Of a stretch of DNA of 64,000 bases, positions 60,713 through 64,000 are shown one piece after another; the stretch's first letter is position 1; each line of letters starts with the position of its first letter. Where the stretch lies: positions 94,487 through 158,486 of the forward strand of contig DATIII010000008.1 of the NCBI GenBank assembly GCA_035479795.1, read 5' to 3'. Origin of the DNA: Candidatus Saccharimonadales bacterium. Lineage in GTDB: Bacteria; Patescibacteriota; Saccharimonadia; UBA4664; SCTI01. The position numbers and the translations under genes were made by a program. The notes under the pieces were generated by a model. It searched no databases, had not been told where the DNA came from, and saw only the letters and a list, made by a program, of their open reading frames with translations.

Positions 60713-61312
60713 CTAGACTTTGATGGGTTGCCGGCCAACCAAACCGAGTAGCCGGTCTTCCAGACTAGCATCAGCTGGCACCTCAACCCGTGGTCCGTAA
60801 ACCCCCATCTGGCGATACTGCTCCACCACCCCTTCAGTTTGCTCCCACATTCCCTGCACCAGCTCCTCGGGCATGCCTGGCTCCACGCCAATTAGTTTGG
60901 CGATGTCGTAGGTGCGAAAAAACCGAAAGCTGGTGATATGCGACAGATAGTCTTTGGCGGGAAAGTCACCATAACTTAGGTGGCAAATCCGCTCGGCTTC
61001 ATAATGATTTTTAACGGCGTCTAGCGCCTTATCCACGATGACGGAGTAATTTTTCGCCGGATCATCTCCCAGCAAATCACCATCAAACTTGTCTTTACCG
61101 ACATCCTCCATCTTGCGACCCGCCAGGACATCCGGTACCCAAGCTTCGTCGTAGGCGTGGTAATTGACAATTTTGCGCAGATCCAAGTCTTCCTGTTTGC
61201 GCCCGATCGGAAACCACTCCGGTATCGGCATAGACCATTGATCGGCTTTAATTTGTAAAATCACCTTGCGCAAAGCCTCATCGGCGCCGGTAAATACCTC
61301 TGGCTCGCTCAT
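60713..61312 (-). CDS. TIGR03086/MDMPI-like DinB-superfamily protein
   Basis: W..P.P.W, LRKIVNYH, YDIAK, YGPRVEVPADA, LLGLVGR. Confidence 0.75.
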   Translation of the reverse strand: MSEPEVFTGADEALRKVILQIKADQWSMPIPEWFPIGRKQEDLDLRKIVNYHAYDEAWVPDVLAGRKMEDVGKDKFDGDLLGDDPAKNYSVIVDKALDAVKNHYEAERICHLSYGDFPAKDYLSHITSFRFFRTYDIAKLIGVEPGMPEELVQGMWEQTEGVVEQYRQMGVYGPRVEVPADASLEDRLLGLVGRQPIKV

Positions 61313-61359
61313 TGCTGCCTCCATTTGGTTAATCAAGCTCTAGTAAGCCATAATAAGCT

Positions 61360-61827
61360 ATGGCTATGCGTATTGGATACGTTAAAATTTCTGAACTGCC
61401 CCGCCTTTCCCGGCTGTTTCGGAGTGCCTTAGTTGACGACTTTCGCTATTTCCCAAGGGCGGCTTTCGAGCAAGCCCGTCGTGACAATTCACTGCCACGG
61501 CTGGCGGCTTCGTGGTTAAAACCCGGCCGGATTCTGGCCGTGGCAGTCGAGGGACGGAACGTGGTTGGCTATAGCATTGCCTCGGCTGAAGATCCCCTGC
61601 GCTCGCAGCTCTACTGGCTGTATGTCCGGCCATCGCATCGCGGCCAGGGTGTTAGCGGCCAGTTACTCGACTTTACCCACCGCCAAATGCGAGCCCAGGG
61701 ATCATTGCTGGTCCAACTGGTAACTCGCGACTTTGCCGATTATTACGCCCAGCGCGGCTATAAACTGGCAGGGCAATACCAAATTAATGGCGTTGACATG
61801 CATCTGATGGAGCTGGCCTTAAGATGA
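61360..61827 (+). CDS. GNAT acetyltransferase
   Basis: LYVRPSHRGQGVSGQLL and YYAQRGY. Confidence 0.88.
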   Translation: MAMRIGYVKISELPRLSRLFRSALVDDFRYFPRAAFEQARRDNSLPRLAASWLKPGRILAVAVEGRNVVGYSIASAEDPLRSQLYWLYVRPSHRGQGVSGQLLDFTHRQMRAQGSLLVQLVTRDFADYYAQRGYKLAGQYQINGVDMHLMELALR

Positions 61828-63101
61828 AGCGCTATCGCACCCCCCTGGTTAGCGGCCTGGTACTTTTCCTGGGACTAATTGCCATAAATATGGCGGCCTT
61901 GTATTTTCAGCAACGCCCAATCACCACGTATGTCCCCCCAATGAAGCAATCACCGGCCAAGCACGGCCAACTGGTCCAAATAGTCAGCACCCAGGCCCTT
62001 AGTGCCGAACAGGCCATGGCCGAGGCGCGGCAAAACTACGGCCCAATGATCGCTGCGTCACCGGCCGTAACTCGTACCGAGCTGGTATTTGGTCTGCTTG
62101 ATAAGGATGGTCGAGAGGCTGATGTCCATGCCCGAGCCTACGTGCCCGCCATGCCGATTAGCGCCGTTATTGTCTTGGCACCCGGCACCACCGGCATTGG
62201 TGATCAATGTGCCCCCAGCGTCGAGCAGCCCTCGGTTCATAATTGGGCTAACTATCAGTCACATGCTTTGGCCTACGCCGCCCGCGGGTTTATGGTAGTG
62301 GTGCCGGATTATGAGGGCCATCGCGATCCAGCTCGGATTCATCATTACATGTCGGGAGAATTAGAAGGCCGAGCGGTACTTGATAGCATTAGTGCCAGCC
62401 GCCAAATTCCCGAGGCCAGCGTTCTGAGCGCTGCCACCCCCAACTTCGTAACCGGATACTCACAAGGAGGCCATAGCGCCTTTTGGGCCGACAAAATTAA
62501 TGCCACCTACTCACCAGGAACCAAAATAGCTGGAGTTATTGGCTGGGGTCCAGTCATGGATGTCCAGGAGACCCTGGCCGACGTGACCCAAGGCGCTAAC
62601 ATTAACTGGTTTGGGCCTTACGTTCTCTATAGCTATCAAAACTTGTACGGCACCAACTATCATATTGACCGGATCCTCCAGCCGCGCTGGGTTTATGGTC
62701 TTAACACCGATGTTACCAGTCACTGCATCGATAGTGATATTGCCTATTGGGGGACCCATCCGGACAATGTTTATACACCCGATTTCTTGAATAATCTGCG
62801 CAAGGCTAATTTACCCGAAGCCCTTTACGGCAAGCTCGGCCAACAGCTGGCTGCTAATGTGGCCGACGACGCCACAACCGCCACACCTAAGTTAATCAAC
62901 GCAGGTGAACAAGATAATGTGGTCCTGCCCAGACAGCAGGCAGCAGCCAAGATCCAACTTTGCCAGCATAGCCGCGGGCCGGTGAGAGTTACCCTCTACC
63001 CTGAAACCACCCACTATAACGCCATGGTCCACAGCTTTGAGGATTCAATTGTATGGATGCAGCAAATTATGGCTGGGCAGACCCCAGCGGGAAACTGCTA
63101 A
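61824..63101 (+). CDS. secreted lipase (LIP family alpha/beta hydrolase)
   Basis: PGTTGIGDQCAPS, PDYEG, GYSQGG nucleophile elbow, D..V, H. Confidence 0.88.
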   Translation: MKRYRTPLVSGLVLFLGLIAINMAALYFQQRPITTYVPPMKQSPAKHGQLVQIVSTQALSAEQAMAEARQNYGPMIAASPAVTRTELVFGLLDKDGREADVHARAYVPAMPISAVIVLAPGTTGIGDQCAPSVEQPSVHNWANYQSHALAYAARGFMVVVPDYEGHRDPARIHHYMSGELEGRAVLDSISASRQIPEASVLSAATPNFVTGYSQGGHSAFWADKINATYSPGTKIAGVIGWGPVMDVQETLADVTQGANINWFGPYVLYSYQNLYGTNYHIDRILQPRWVYGLNTDVTSHCIDSDIAYWGTHPDNVYTPDFLNNLRKANLPEALYGKLGQQLAANVADDATTATPKLINAGEQDNVVLPRQQAAAKIQLCQHSRGPVRVTLYPETTHYNAMVHSFEDSIVWMQQIMAGQTPAGNC

Positions 63102-63105
63102 AGCC

Positions 63106-63513
63106 CTACTCCTGCTTAGCGCCGGCGATGTTCATCATCCACTCCACGCCGTACTTGTCAGTTAGCGAGCCAAAAACATCGCCCCAAAATTGCTTTTCGA
63201 GTTTTTGAAACACTTCGCCGCCTTCGGCCAGCTTGTCGAAGATTGCGTGCAGCTCATCAGAATCCGCTTCCTCGCCACCGAGCGAGAGAGAAATCTTTTT
63301 AGCCGTGTCGCTCGCCTTTTCGGTATCGCTGGCCATTAGCTTCACGTCGCCTTCGAGCGTGGCATGCATCACCCAATCCGGCTCGCCACCTTGACCGGCC
63401 TGCTCGTATGTTTGGATTGTTAATTCACCCCCAAAGATGCTTTTGTAAAATTCCATTGCCTCTTTGGCCTGTCCGTGGAAGAAAATGTAAGGCTCGAGTT
63501 TGATGATAGCCAT
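63106..63513 (-). CDS. VOC/PhnB family protein
   Basis: EAMEFYKSIFGG, VMHATL, LMASD, QFWG and DKYGVEWM. Confidence 0.92.
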   Translation of the reverse strand: MAIIKLEPYIFFHGQAKEAMEFYKSIFGGELTIQTYEQAGQGGEPDWVMHATLEGDVKLMASDTEKASDTAKKISLSLGGEEADSDELHAIFDKLAEGGEVFQKLEKQFWGDVFGSLTDKYGVEWMMNIAGAKQE

Positions 63514-63565
63514 TGATGATTCCTTTGTTTATCCCGGCCATTATAGGCTTGGCGAGGCTAAAAAA

Positions 63566-64000
63566 CTATAGATTATTTCCCTTGAGCCGGATGCTCAAAC
63601 CTATCCCGCCGAATTTTTCGGCCACAAAGGCCGGCTCAGAAGTCGTACTCAATTTTTTGTCATAGCGGTATCCTATGTCATTGAAGCCGACCAATTCATC
63701 GACCTGCTCAATGCGATTTTTAATTACCCATCTCGCAAAAGCACCTCGAGCAACTTTGGCATGTACAGTTACGAATGCTGGCTCGCCTGTTTTTGGGCTA
63801 ACAGTCAGAAACCGCGGCGCGATAATACGATCTGTATTCACAAACGGCGTTATGGTTTTGGTGTACTCAACGGCCGAGAGATTGAGGATTAAACCATGGG
63901 TGGGCAAAGTTTCGGCGATGGATCTGCCCCAAAATTTATAAAGATTCTCGTATGGCTCATCTGGTAACCGGTAACCCATCTCCAATCGATAAGGCATTAC
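63566..64000 (-). CDS. yaaA: YaaA-family peroxide stress protein (5' end outside window)
   Basis: PYRLEMG, NLYKFW, NLSAVEY and AKVARG motifs. Confidence 0.85.
   Translation of the reverse strand, partial: VMPYRLEMGYRLPDEPYENLYKFWGRSIAETLPTHGLILNLSAVEYTKTITPFVNTDRIIAPRFLTVSPKTGEPAFVTVHAKVARGAFARWVIKNRIEQVDELVGFNDIGYRYDKKLSTTSEPAFVAEKFGGIGLSIRLKGNNL

Overview
This is a 64 kb chromosomal window read in standard code 11. It is most likely from a Patescibacteria/CPR genome, probably Saccharibacteria-like; that is inferred from the gene set (split transketolase, class I FBA, DUF5665/YtxH, pilin-like N-termini) and the near-absence of Shine-Dalgarno sites in core genes. The housekeeping backbone lies mostly on the minus strand: gatCAB, ligA, lemA-htpX, secG, a two-component cluster, uvrC/uvrA/uvrB, pfkB-alkA-fba-tkt-rpe-rpiB-gap, ppa, trxB/grx, tgt, a DEAD-box helicase and yaaA. 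There are seven tRNA genes. Four layers are not explained by the gene list. (1) A ~680-nt non-coding, densely base-paired RNA candidate with its own sigma70 promoter and terminator, divergent from gatC (about 6498-7175). (2) A family of ~120-nt palindromic elements with covarying stems, one of them translated in frame inside tgt, plus smaller palindromic inserts in gatA and uvrA. (3) About ten self-contained GC-rich ORFan cassettes, with canonical promoter, SD and terminator, placed between leaderless host genes and behind tRNA-Leu genes. (4) tRNA 3'-end duplications and an atypical tRNA-Gly. No CRISPR array, integrase, transposase or rRNA was seen. All family calls come from motif recognition by eye, not from database searches.
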